Below, piece after piece: positions 47,447 through 56,679 of a DNA stretch of 64,000 nucleotides. Origin of the DNA: an uncultured Gammaproteobacteria bacterium (lineage in GTDB: Bacteria; Patescibacteriota; Patescibacteriia; UBA2591; UBA6264); the NCBI GenBank assembly GCA_964596735.1, contig CAZQVF010000001.1, positions 74,135 to 138,134 on the forward strand. Direction: 5' to 3'. The translations under genes were made by a program, and so were the position numbers. Each line of letters begins with the position of its first letter. The first letter of the stretch is position 1. A model generated the notes under the pieces. That model did not search any database, was not told where the DNA came from, and saw only the letters and a list, made by a program, of their open reading frames with translations.

Positions 47447-48289
47447 ATGTCAGTACAACAGAATAAAAAAGACATGTGGTTTGAAAGTATTGCCCAGCAA
47501 TGGTCTATTTATGCGCCACCAGTCACTCCTTCTAAGTCAGAATGCCAGATTATTAAAAAGTGTATTCTTAATAAAAAAAGGAAAAATCTTCGGATATTAG
47601 TTTTAGGGGCAACGCCAGAATTTCGTGATTTAGCCCATGAACTAAAAGCAGAAGTTACTTGTGTAGACGTTTCTGTGTCAATGCTTCAGGGGTTGGTTCA
47701 TTTAATGAAACAAAAAAATAAAGCTGATCAGGAGATATGGTTTAAAGCCGATTGGCTAACCGTTCCCTTGGCAGAGAATTATTTTGATTTTGTTTTGGGT
47801 GATTTTGTTATTGTTAATTTGCCGATTAATCTGCAGCCAAAGTTTTTTTCAAAGATTAAGCATATTTTGAGGAAGAATGGGTTTTTTATCACTCGTCACC
47901 TTTTACCATTGGACTCATTTGAGCCTTTTCCTGAGCTTATTGGCCAAGCATTAAAGAATAAGAGTTTTAACAAGAGAATGATAAACAGTTTTTCATTAGA
48001 TGTTTTGCAGTCTGTTTATGAAAAAAGAACAAAGGTGATGAAAGTAAAAAAGGTTTATTCTGAGTTTAAAAAACTTATAATTCAGGAAAAAAATAAACAG
48101 AGAAGAAAAAGGATTAAAGATTTGTTTGAAATTTATCAAGAATATTATCCTCTTGGTAAAGCTTGGTGGGGCTTATTAAAAAATCCAGGAGAAAGAGTAA
48201 TGAAGAAATATTTTAAAATTCAAGATATTAGATATGGACAGGACCATGACCGTGTGGATTATTGTCCAATTTATTTTTTAAGAAAATAA
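47447..48289 (+). CDS. array paralog 19 (LGATPE MTase-like)
   Basis: ILVLGATPEFRDLAHEL, TCVDVSVSMLQGL, ADWLTVPLAENYFDFVLGDFVIVNL, ILRKNGFFITR, ...IYFLRK. Confidence 0.85.
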   Translation: MSVQQNKKDMWFESIAQQWSIYAPPVTPSKSECQIIKKCILNKKRKNLRILVLGATPEFRDLAHELKAEVTCVDVSVSMLQGLVHLMKQKNKADQEIWFKADWLTVPLAENYFDFVLGDFVIVNLPINLQPKFFSKIKHILRKNGFFITRHLLPLDSFEPFPELIGQALKNKSFNKRMINSFSLDVLQSVYEKRTKVMKVKKVYSEFKKLIIQEKNKQRRKRIKDLFEIYQEYYPLGKAWWGLLKNPGERVMKKYFKIQDIRYGQDHDRVDYCPIYFLRK

Positions 48290-48290
48290 A

Positions 48291-49208
48291 ATGAAATATC
48301 CCAGTTATCTTAATTTAAGTGAAAAAGAACTTCATTCAAGGATTAAAAAAGCCAATCAATTACTTAGTCCATGTCAGGTTTGTCCGCGAAAATGCGGAGC
48401 TGATCGGATTGAAAATGAAAAAGGTTATTGTTGTTTGGGAAATAAAGCAGTAGTTTTTAGTTTTAATCCTGGTTTTGGCGAAGAAAAAGCCTTAGTCGGT
48501 CAATTTGGTTCAGGAGCAATCAACTTTAATTTTTGTAATCTGTCTTGTGCCTATTGCCAGACTTATGATATTAGTCAGCTACAAAGAGGAAGGACGGTTC
48601 CAGGAAAAGAAGTAGGTGATAAGGAACTGGCAAAGATAATGTTAAAATTACAAAAATCAGGTTGTCATAATATAAACTTGATTAATCCCACTTCTCAAGT
48701 ACCTCAAATTTTAGCCAGTTTACCCCAGGCTATTAAAGGGGGATTAAAAATACCACTTATTTACAACACTAATGCCTATGATTCTGTAAAAACTCTAAAA
48801 TTACTATCCGGAATCATTGATATTTATTTGCCAGATTTTAAATATTCAGATGAAAAAACGGCGGTTAAATATTCACAAGCATCTGGTTATTTTGAAATAG
48901 CTAAGAAATCAATAAAAGAAATGCATAGACAAGTGGGTAATTTAGAAATTGGTACGGACAATTTAATGAAAAAAGGACTTTTGGTCCGTCATCTTATTCT
49001 CCCTAATAATTTAGCCGGCTCAGAAAGGGTTTTAAAATTTTTAGCTAAGAGAATTTCTCCCAATACCTTTGTTAATCTTATGAATCGGTATAATCCTTGC
49101 TGGCAAGCAAAAAACTTCCCAGAAATTAATCGTTACATTACCACAGAAGAGTATAAGAAAGTGGTTGATTTGGCTAAAAATTATAATTTAAAGTGGTTTA
49201 CTGAATAG
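48291..49208 (+). CDS. radical SAM enzyme, PflX-like (pyruvate formate-lyase activase homolog family, COG1313-like)
   Basis: N-terminal C..CPR.C cluster (CQVCPRKCGADRIENEKGYCC), canonical radical-SAM CX3CX2C (CNLSCAYCQ), and a glycine-rich downstream block. The ATG is 1 nt after the stop of paralog 19. Confidence 0.75.
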   Translation: MKYPSYLNLSEKELHSRIKKANQLLSPCQVCPRKCGADRIENEKGYCCLGNKAVVFSFNPGFGEEKALVGQFGSGAINFNFCNLSCAYCQTYDISQLQRGRTVPGKEVGDKELAKIMLKLQKSGCHNINLINPTSQVPQILASLPQAIKGGLKIPLIYNTNAYDSVKTLKLLSGIIDIYLPDFKYSDEKTAVKYSQASGYFEIAKKSIKEMHRQVGNLEIGTDNLMKKGLLVRHLILPNNLAGSERVLKFLAKRISPNTFVNLMNRYNPCWQAKNFPEINRYITTEEYKKVVDLAKNYNLKWFTE

Positions 49209-49226
49209 GTTTAGGCACTGAAAAAA

Positions 49227-49736
49227 TTAAATCCTTCGTTTTTTAAACAAAAAGATTACAACAATAATTATTAAAAGGGGGATAAACCAGAAAATAAGAT
49301 TTTTGCTGGTTTTTTTTTGAGAAGTTTCTGAGTCAAGAGTTTTTAATTTTTCAATCGGGGAAATGCACCCTCTACTTACACATTTAATAACAGTTTGTTC
49401 AATATTAGAAGCAATGGCTGAATTATACCCAACAAAAGATCTTTCTCCTATTAAGATAACCGGAACAGGGATTTCTTTAAGATCAAGATTATAAGCCTGC
49501 CCTAGATTAAGGTAAAGACCCTTGTTTGCCTGATTATAAAAAACTTCAAAGTCTCTGATTTTTAATTCTGAATATTTTGCTGATAATTGACCCAAAAATA
49601 TTTGAGTCTGAGCACAAACAGGACAGCCTTGGCCATGGAAAAAATATAAATCAACTGGCTGAGCCGCTAAACAAGACTGCCAGATTAACAGGCCAAAAAT
49701 AATTAAGAGAAAAAAATTCAAAGTTTTCATATTCAT
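49227..49736 (-). CDS. secreted/membrane-anchored thioredoxin-fold CxxC protein
   Basis: N-terminal signal-like segment (FFLLIIFGLLIWQSCLAA), FFHGQGCPVCAQ CxxC motif, C-terminal TM anchor (LIFWFIPLLIIIVVIFLF). Confidence 0.6.
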   Translation of the reverse strand: MNMKTLNFFLLIIFGLLIWQSCLAAQPVDLYFFHGQGCPVCAQTQIFLGQLSAKYSELKIRDFEVFYNQANKGLYLNLGQAYNLDLKEIPVPVILIGERSFVGYNSAIASNIEQTVIKCVSRGCISPIEKLKTLDSETSQKKTSKNLIFWFIPLLIIIVVIFLFKKRRI

Positions 49737-49852
49737 ATTATAGCAAATCTAAACAGATCTTTCTATCCCAATCCCTTGACTATATTTTTAATTTTATTTA
49801 ATATGTATTCTACAAGGTCAAACATTGTAATTATTAAAATAAAGAATAAATT

Positions 49853-50153
49853 TATGGCGAAACTTAAATTAGAACCATTAGGCAGCCGATTAATAGTTAA
49901 ACCAGTTGTTGAAGACGAAGTGACTAAATCAGGTATTATCATCCCTGAAACAGTTGATAAAGAAAAACCAGTTAAAGGTGAGGTTTTGGCTGTTGGGCCG
50001 GGTAAATTTTTAGAAAGCGGCCAAAGAGAAAAAATTGATTTAAAGGTTGGGGACAAAATATTATTTGAAAAGTACGGCTCAGATGAATACAAGGTTGATA
50101 ATGAAGAATTTTTGGTGGTTGAATATGACAAGGTGGTAGCCGTAATTAAATAA
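49853..50153 (+). CDS. groES: co-chaperonin GroES
   Basis: [34 protein letters not shown]...; start moved to the ATG at 49853 (the track ORF begins upstream at 49776). Confidence 0.9.
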
Positions 50154-50161
50154 ACAATTAT

Positions 50162-51838
50162 ATGGCAAAACAAATTTTATTTAACGAAGCAGCCCGCGCT
50201 GCTTTAAAACGCGGGGTAGATAAATTAGCGGCAGCGGTGAAGGTCACCCTGGGTCCAGTTGGAAGAAGCGTTGTTTTAGACAAGGGCTTTGGTTCACCAA
50301 CTATTACTAACGATGGAGTCACCGTGGCTAAAGAAGTTGAATTAGAAGATAAGTATGAAAATGCAGGAGCTCAATTAATTCAAGAGGTAGCTTCTAAAAC
50401 AAATGATGTCGCCGGTGATGGCACAACTACAGCCGTAGTTTTGGCTCAAGCGATTATTGAAAAATCTTTGATAGGCCGAGGTATGAAATATGCAAATCCT
50501 TTATTGGTAAAAGAGGGAATTAATAAAGGAGTAAAAGTTATTGTTAAAGAATTAAAAAGAATTGCTCGTCCAGTTTCTACCCAAGAAGAGATTCAGCAGG
50601 TAGCCACTATTTCTGCTAATAATGTTGAAATGGGCGAGATCATTGCTGAAGCTATGACAAAGGCTGGTAAAGACGGAGTAATCACAGTAGAAGAATCACA
50701 GTCATTTGGATTAGAATTAGAAACCACTGAAGGGATGCAATTTGACAGAGGATATTCTTCTCCCTATATGATTACCAACACAGAAAAAATGTCAGCCGAG
50801 TATGACAACCCTTATATCTTAATTACTGATAAAAAAATAGGAGCAATTAATGAAATCCTTCCTTTAATGGAAGAGATGGCTCAAGCGGGTAAAAAAGATT
50901 TAGTCATTATTGCTGATGAAATTGAAGGTGAGGCTTTAGCCACTTTTGTGGTTAATAAAATTAGAGGAGCTTTTAATGTTTTAGCAGTAAAGGCGCCTGG
51001 ATTTGGCGATCGTAAAAAAGAAACGTTAGAGGACATAGCGGTTTTAACAAAAGGGAAAGTAATTTCAGAAGAGGTTGGGTTAAAACTGGAAAATACTAAA
51101 TTAAAAGATCTGGGTCAAGCTCGTCGAGTAATTGCTACTAAGGACAATACTACCATTGTAGATGGCAAAGGAAAAAAACAAGAAATAGAAAATAGGATTG
51201 CTGATATTAAAAAAGATTTGGGTTTAAGTGATTCAGAATTTGATAAGGAAAAGTTACAAGAAAGATTAGCCAAGTTAGCCGGTGGGGTTTCAGTTATTAA
51301 AGTAGGAGCGGCCACTGAAACAGAAATGAAAGAAAGAAAGTTTAAAGTAGAAGATGCGGTTAATGCGACTAAGGCGGCCCAAGAAGAAGGTATAGTTGTC
51401 GGTGGAGGAGTAGCCCTGTTGAGATGTATACCAGCACTAATTAAATTATATGATAAGATGAGAACAGAGGATATGGAGAAGAAGGGAAGGGGAGAACAAG
51501 CAGGCGGAGTTCTAACTTTAATAGCAGCGTTAGAGGCACCATTAAGACAAATTGTCGAGAATGCAGGAAAAAAAGAACCAGCCGTAGTCGCAGAAAAAGT
51601 AAAAAGCAAGGAAGGTAATTATGGTTATAATGCGGCAACAGATAAATACGAAGATTTAGTTGTTGCTGGGATTGTTGATCCAGCTAAGGTAACCCGCTCT
51701 GCTTTACAGAACGCGGCTTCAATTGCCACTTTATTTTTGACCACGGAAGTTGTAATTACTGATGAACCAGAGAAAGAAGATAAAACAGGGATGCCTCCTG
51801 GGGCAGGGATGCCACCAGGAATGGGAATGGGCATGTAA
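50162..51838 (+). CDS. groEL: chaperonin GroEL
   Basis: [20 protein letters not shown](V)VLAQA, C-terminal [16 protein letters not shown] tail. Confidence 0.97.
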   Translation: MAKQILFNEAARAALKRGVDKLAAAVKVTLGPVGRSVVLDKGFGSPTITNDGVTVAKEVELEDKYENAGAQLIQEVASKTNDVAGDGTTTAVVLAQAIIEKSLIGRGMKYANPLLVKEGINKGVKVIVKELKRIARPVSTQEEIQQVATISANNVEMGEIIAEAMTKAGKDGVITVEESQSFGLELETTEGMQFDRGYSSPYMITNTEKMSAEYDNPYILITDKKIGAINEILPLMEEMAQAGKKDLVIIADEIEGEALATFVVNKIRGAFNVLAVKAPGFGDRKKETLEDIAVLTKGKVISEEVGLKLENTKLKDLGQARRVIATKDNTTIVDGKGKKQEIENRIADIKKDLGLSDSEFDKEKLQERLAKLAGGVSVIKVGAATETEMKERKFKVEDAVNATKAAQEEGIVVGGGVALLRCIPALIKLYDKMRTEDMEKKGRGEQAGGVLTLIAALEAPLRQIVENAGKKEPAVVAEKVKSKEGNYGYNAATDKYEDLVVAGIVDPAKVTRSALQNAASIATLFLTTEVVITDEPEKEDKTGMPPGAGMPPGMGMGM

Positions 51839-51856
51839 ATATATATTGATAAAGTC

Positions 51857-51882
51857 AAAAGGGGTCGCGAGACCCCTTTTAT
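51857..51882. terminator. bidirectional rho-independent terminator
   Basis: AAAAGGGGTC-gcga-GACCCCTTTTAT between the convergent groEL stop (+) and the 51904 stop (-). Confidence 0.75.
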
Positions 51883-51903
51883 AATACAGTTTTTTCAACT
51901 GGC

Positions 51904-52383
51904 TTATTCTTGTGGAAGAATACTATATTCTTTTATTGCCTGGTATAAACCAGTAATAGTTCCTCCAACTAAAGCCCAGGTTCGAGCGCGATTAAACAAG
52001 TACCAAAAGTATTGTCCTTCATTAGAATGATTAAGAATTTGTTCCGGAACTGTCCAAAATCCACTAAGAAAACCGAGCACCCAAGCGATGCAGAATGCGA
52101 CTAGTCCCCAACCTAGAAATTTGTCTAAAACTCTGGGACAGGCCCAATCTTTATTACAAAAGTACTGGTTGGCGAAAGAGGTAGGAATAAAGAAAATTCC
52201 AAATCCCAAACACAGTGTGGACAAAAAAACATTCTTAACAACAACACAGAGTACAATTACGATTGCTGAACCTAATAAAAGTAGAAAGAACTTTACGAAT
52301 TTCCAATATCTTTTCATTATTTGTGCCTCCTTGACATATTCATTATCTGTTCGTAGTATAGCAGATTTTTGCCTGTTTGTCAA
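51904..52383 (-). CDS. hypothetical integral membrane protein
   Basis: Three to four predicted TM helices (FLLLLGSAIVIVLCVVV; LCLGFGIFFIP; LVAFCIAWVLGFLSGF). Confidence 0.5.
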   Translation of the reverse strand: MTNRQKSAILRTDNEYVKEAQIMKRYWKFVKFFLLLLGSAIVIVLCVVVKNVFLSTLCLGFGIFFIPTSFANQYFCNKDWACPRVLDKFLGWGLVAFCIAWVLGFLSGFWTVPEQILNHSNEGQYFWYLFNRARTWALVGGTITGLYQAIKEYSILPQE

Positions 52384-52455
52384 GACTGACTATCCCATGA
52401 CAAAAATAAATATATATGTTAAAATAAGTTTGTTAAATTATTAAACTTAATAGTT

Positions 52456-52815
52456 ATGGAAAAAGAAAATGTTGTTGAAAAAATTGCTTCAGCTATTGAT
52501 GCGGCTAAAAAGCCAAACTTAATAGCTAGGTTTTTAGGACTAATTTCTTATTTAGGAATCCTTTGTGTGATTCCCATTATTTTAAAGAGTAAAAGTGACT
52601 TTGTCCGTTTTCACGCCCGTCAAGGATTAGTTTTATTCATGGCCGAAATCGTTTTCACCCTAATTTGGATTATTCCCTTTATTGGCTGGTTTATTGGTTT
52701 TATCGGCTGGATTATCTGTTTTGTTTTCTCCTTAATTGGTTTGGTCAGAGCAATTGCTGGTCAAGAATGGAAGATGCCAGTTTTGTATAGATTTACAAAG
52801 AAAATTAGAGTTTAA
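52456..52815 (+). CDS. hypothetical small membrane protein
   Basis: 119 aa with three hydrophobic helices (LGILCVIPIIL; LVLFMAEIVFTLIWIIPFIGWFIGFIGWIICFVF). Confidence 0.45.
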   Translation: MEKENVVEKIASAIDAAKKPNLIARFLGLISYLGILCVIPIILKSKSDFVRFHARQGLVLFMAEIVFTLIWIIPFIGWFIGFIGWIICFVFSLIGLVRAIAGQEWKMPVLYRFTKKIRV

Positions 52816-52919
52816 TTATTTAGTTAGAAAATTATTAATTAACAATTTTTTGAATTGAAATAAAATCAATTCAAATTTAACTTATAATTAAATTACCCTA
52901 ATTTATATATATAATAAAA

Positions 52920-52945
52920 TTTAATTTCAAGCTTAGCTTATAAAT
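52920..52945 (-). promoter_or_regulatory. inverted copy of the conserved CTTGAAATTAAA element
   Basis: The + strand reads TTTAATTTCAAGCTTAGCTTATAAAT immediately upstream of the ppsA ATG at 52948. Confidence 0.4.
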
Positions 52946-52947
52946 TT

Positions 52948-55900
52948 ATGATTAAATGGTTTAAAGAAATATCAATTAAAGATGTCCCTCAGGTTGGCGG
53001 AAAAAACGCTTCTTTGGGAGAAATGTATCGTCGTTTGACTAATAAGGGGGTAAAAATTCCAAATGGTTTTGCCACAACAGCAAAAGATTATTGGTATGTT
53101 TTAGAAAGCTCTGGTTTAAAAAAACAAATAAAAGAAATTTTAAAAGATTTAGACGTAAAAGACATAAAGAATTTGGCCAGGAAAGGGAAACAAATTAGAA
53201 ATTTAACCATTCAAGCACCTTTACCTAAAGATTTTGAAAAAAAGATTATTCTAGCCTATAGAAAATTATCTCGTCAATATGGAGTTAAAGCTGTGGACGT
53301 AGCCGTCCGCAGTTCAGCCACAGCAGAAGACATGCCCACAGCCAGTTTTGCCGGACAAATGGAAACTTATCTTAACATCAAAGGTGAAAAGAATCTTTTA
53401 AAAGCAGTAAAAAAATGTATTGCTTCTCTTTATACTGACCGAGCCATTGTTTATCGTGAAGAAAAAGGATTTAACCATCTTGATGTCGCCCTTTCTGTTT
53501 GTGTTCAAAAAATGATTCGTTCTGACCTGGCTTGTTCGGGAGTAATTTTTTCTTGTCATACAGAATCAGGATTTTTTGACGTTTCAGTGATTACTTCTTC
53601 CTGGGGTTTAGGTGAAAATATTGTCCAAGGAAAGGTTAGTCCAGATGAGTTTCTGGTTTATGAGCCATTAGTAGATAAGTTTAGGCCAATCCTTGGAAAA
53701 CACTTGGGAGCAAAAGAATGGAAAATGATTTACAACCCTGGAGGAAAAGAGCCAGTCAAGAATATTCGGACGACAAAAAAAGAACAAAACAAATTTACCT
53801 TGTCTGATGATGAGATTTTACAACTAGGTAAATATTCAGTTATTATTGAAAAATATTATAGTCGCTCAATGGATATGGAGTGGGCCAAAGACGGCAAAGA
53901 TAAACAACTCTATATTTTACAGGCCCGTCCAGAAACAGTGCAGTCCCAGAAGTCTTTAGACGTTTTAGAAAAATATATTTTATTAGACAAACAGACAAAG
54001 CGAATTCCTTCTCATGGTAAAATTGCCAAGATTTCTTTAAAAGATAAAATTATTGTTTCCGGGGTAGCCGTTGGGTCAAGGATTGCTAATGGTCAGGCTA
54101 ATATTATTGAGAGTGTTAAAGATATTTCTAAATTTAAACCAGGACAGATTTTGGTTACAGAAATGACTGATCCAGATTGGGTGCCAATTATGAAAATTGC
54201 CAAAGCTATTGTTACTAATGCTGGGGGAAGAACATGTTTTACTGGCGAAACAAATGTTTTGACCAATAAAGGATTTTTATCTATAAAAGAAATTGTTGAG
54301 AAACACAAAGAAGAGGATTATAAAGTTTTATCTTTGAACAAAGAAAGTATGAATTTTGAATGGAAAAAAGTTATTGACGGGATGAAAAGAAGGTCTAAAC
54401 CGATTTCTGTAAGTATATCTCAAACCGGACGAATGAAAGGAAACACTTTAGGGGTTACTCCTGATCATAAATTTCTGACTTTTGAAAATAGAAAGCTTAT
54501 TTCTAAAGAAATAAGAAATCTAATAAAAGAGAATCAGTTTATTTTAAGTGCAGATAAAATTCCTATGCCCGAAAGACAACATAAATTGAATCCGTTTTTA
54601 GGCTATTTACTTGGTGGAATTAGCAGTGACGGACATATTTATTTAAATGGAACACATGGAGAGGTCCAGTTTATTCAGAAAAATACACCTGATAAAGCGG
54701 ATTTTATTAAAAAGATGAATGACTGTTTAAAAGAAGTTTTTGATTATTCCTTTCATATTTCTTATAAAAAACCCTTTGAAGGTATTATTAGAGGCAAAAA
54801 GTTTAAAAGTGAAAACGCAGTTGCTTATAGGTGTTATAGCAAGAAGATTGCTTCTAGGTTGTTTCATGATCAAAGCAAATTAACAGAATCATTGTTAACA
54901 GCATCAGACGATTTTGTTTATAATTTTTTAGCTGGCATGATTGATGGCGATGGCGCTTATAATGAAAAATCAAACAGAATTAATATATATTGTTCTAAAG
55001 AATATTTATTACAAGCTATAACAGTGGCCTGCCTTAGGTTAAATATATCTTTTCAAGTAACCTCAAACCGTAATATTCATAACATTCAGATAGTTAGTAA
55101 AGTAGAAGAAATTTTTAAGTATACAACTCGCATAAAAGGTAAATATAATCGTTTAACTTGTGGTACTAAATTTTTCAGTGCCAAGCAACTATTAGAAGAC
55201 ATAAAAGATAAAATTAATTATAAAGGAAAAATTGGGTCGTATATTGAGAAAAATTTGTTAATTGATTACAAGAAAATAGAGAATTATTTTATTCCAATGA
55301 TAGCCAGGGAACAGGCTAATCATGAGTTAACAAGGATTATCAATTCAGATTTGAAAATGTTGAGAGTCAATAATTCCGATTCTATTGAAAAACAGAACGT
55401 TTATAATATTACAGTAGAAGATAATCATAATTATGTTGTTTTTAGCGGTAGATATACACCAGTTGTAGTAAATAATTGCCATGCCGCAATTATTTCTCGA
55501 GAGCTTGGCATCCCCTGTGTGGTCGGAACCAGCAAGGCAACCAAAAAGGTAAAACAAGGACAAAAAATAACCGTTTCTTGTGCCGAGGGAGAAACCGCTC
55601 ATGTTTATCCAGGATTATTGGATTTTAAGATTAAAAAGACAAAGATTAAGGGATTAAAAAGACCAAAGACAAAAATTATGATGAACATTGGTGAGCCTGA
55701 ACAAGCTTTTGGGTTTTCTTTTATTCCTAATGATGGAGTGGGCTTAGCGCGGGAAGAATTTATTATCAGTGATTATATTAAAATTCATCCCTTAGCCCTG
55801 CTTTACTATTCTCAATTAAAAGACAAAAAAGTAAAAAAACAGATTGATGATATAGTTACTGGTTATCCTAGTAAAGTTCAATTTTATGTTGATAAATTAT

Positions 55901-56625
55901 CAGAAGGTATTGCCCGGATTGCGGCTGCCTTTTACCCTAAACAAGTAATTGTTCGTTTTTCAGACTTTAAAACAAATGAATATGCTAATTTAATTGGCGG
56001 GCAAGAATTTGAACCAAAAGAGCCAAACCCAATGATTGGTTGGCGTGGAGCCAGCCGTTATTACGGCATTGGTTTTGAAGAGGCTTTTCAGCTAGAATGC
56101 CAGGCAATTAAAAAAGTTAGAGAGATAATGGGACTAGACAATGTTATTGTTATGGTCCCGTTTTGCCGAACCATTGAAGAAGGAAAAAAGGTTTTAAAAA
56201 TTATTGATAAAGCTGGATTACGTCGACCAAAAAAGAATATTAAGCCTCTTAAGGTTTATGTTATGTGTGAAATACCTTCCAATGTTGTTTTAGCAGATGA
56301 ATTTGCCAAGATTTTTGATGGATTTTCAATTGGTTCAAATGATTTAACTCAACTAACCCTTGGTTTAGACAGAGATTCAAATCTAGTAGCTCATATTTTC
56401 GATGAAAGAAATGAAGCAGTAAAAAGATTAATCAGTCAGGTAATAAAAATAGCTCATAAACATAAAAGGAAAATAGGAATTTGCGGGCAAGGACCAAGTG
56501 ATTTCCCAGAATTTGCTAGATTTTTAGTAAAAGAGGGAATTGATTCAATGTCTTTAACTCCAGATACAGTAATTAAAACGACCATAGATATTTTAAAAAC
56601 AGAAAAGAAGTTAAAGAAAAAATAA
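52948..56625 (+). CDS. ppsA: phosphoenolpyruvate synthase (pyruvate, water dikinase), intein-containing
   Basis: N-terminal VGGKNASLGEM; the conserved phosphohistidine block GGRT|CHAAIISRELGIPCVVG is split by a 414-aa insertion; C-terminal PEP-utilising TIM-barrel blocks (GIGFEEAF, CGQGPSD). 1225 aa versus about 790 aa for an uninterrupted enzyme. Confidence 0.9.
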   Translation: MIKWFKEISIKDVPQVGGKNASLGEMYRRLTNKGVKIPNGFATTAKDYWYVLESSGLKKQIKEILKDLDVKDIKNLARKGKQIRNLTIQAPLPKDFEKKIILAYRKLSRQYGVKAVDVAVRSSATAEDMPTASFAGQMETYLNIKGEKNLLKAVKKCIASLYTDRAIVYREEKGFNHLDVALSVCVQKMIRSDLACSGVIFSCHTESGFFDVSVITSSWGLGENIVQGKVSPDEFLVYEPLVDKFRPILGKHLGAKEWKMIYNPGGKEPVKNIRTTKKEQNKFTLSDDEILQLGKYSVIIEKYYSRSMDMEWAKDGKDKQLYILQARPETVQSQKSLDVLEKYILLDKQTKRIPSHGKIAKISLKDKIIVSGVAVGSRIANGQANIIESVKDISKFKPGQILVTEMTDPDWVPIMKIAKAIVTNAGGRTCFTGETNVLTNKGFLSIKEIVEKHKEEDYKVLSLNKESMNFEWKKVIDGMKRRSKPISVSISQTGRMKGNTLGVTPDHKFLTFENRKLISKEIRNLIKENQFILSADKIPMPERQHKLNPFLGYLLGGISSDGHIYLNGTHGEVQFIQKNTPDKADFIKKMNDCLKEVFDYSFHISYKKPFEGIIRGKKFKSENAVAYRCYSKKIASRLFHDQSKLTESLLTASDDFVYNFLAGMIDGDGAYNEKSNRINIYCSKEYLLQAITVACLRLNISFQVTSNRNIHNIQIVSKVEEIFKYTTRIKGKYNRLTCGTKFFSAKQLLEDIKDKINYKGKIGSYIEKNLLIDYKKIENYFIPMIAREQANHELTRIINSDLKMLRVNNSDSIEKQNVYNITVEDNHNYVVFSGRYTPVVVNNCHAAIISRELGIPCVVGTSKATKKVKQGQKITVSCAEGETAHVYPGLLDFKIKKTKIKGLKRPKTKIMMNIGEPEQAFGFSFIPNDGVGLAREEFIISDYIKIHPLALLYYSQLKDKKVKKQIDDIVTGYPSKVQFYVDKLSEGIARIAAAFYPKQVIVRFSDFKTNEYANLIGGQEFEPKEPNPMIGWRGASRYYGIGFEEAFQLECQAIKKVREIMGLDNVIVMVPFCRTIEEGKKVLKIIDKAGLRRPKKNIKPLKVYVMCEIPSNVVLADEFAKIFDGFSIGSNDLTQLTLGLDRDSNLVAHIFDERNEAVKRLISQVIKIAHKHKRKIGICGQGPSDFPEFARFLVKEGIDSMSLTPDTVIKTTIDILKTEKKLKKK
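54235..55476 (+). mobile_element. intein with LAGLIDADG homing-endonuclease domain inside ppsA
   Basis: Begins CFTGETNVLT (Cys1) directly after GGRT and ends ...VVVNN followed by Cys+1 (CHAAI). Contains two LAGLIDADG-like motifs (LGYLLGGISSDGHIYL and FLAGMIDGDGAYN). In frame, with no stops. Confidence 0.8.
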
Positions 56626-56627
56626 AC

Positions 56628-56656
56628 TTGACAAAAACTTTATTTTAAGCTAAAAT
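56628..56656 (+). promoter_or_regulatory. sigma70-type promoter (TTGACA-N17-TAAAAT)
   Basis: Exact TTGACA, a 17-nt spacer, then TAAAAT directly after the ppsA stop. Confidence 0.55.
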
Positions 56657-56679
56657 ATAATTAATAAAATAAACGAAGG

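Noticed and set aside
30591-49208. Possibility that the array is a restriction-modification or DNA methyltransferase cluster
   Set aside because: No DNA MTase motifs (DPPY/NPPY, PCQ, FxGxG with target-recognition domains) are present and no endonuclease-like partners. The blocks match small-molecule/RNA/protein class I MTases instead.
51115-51858. Minus-strand ORFs antisense to groEL (51115-51609, 51441-51638, 51625-51858)
   Set aside because: They overlap the best-conserved gene in the window and are antisense artefacts.
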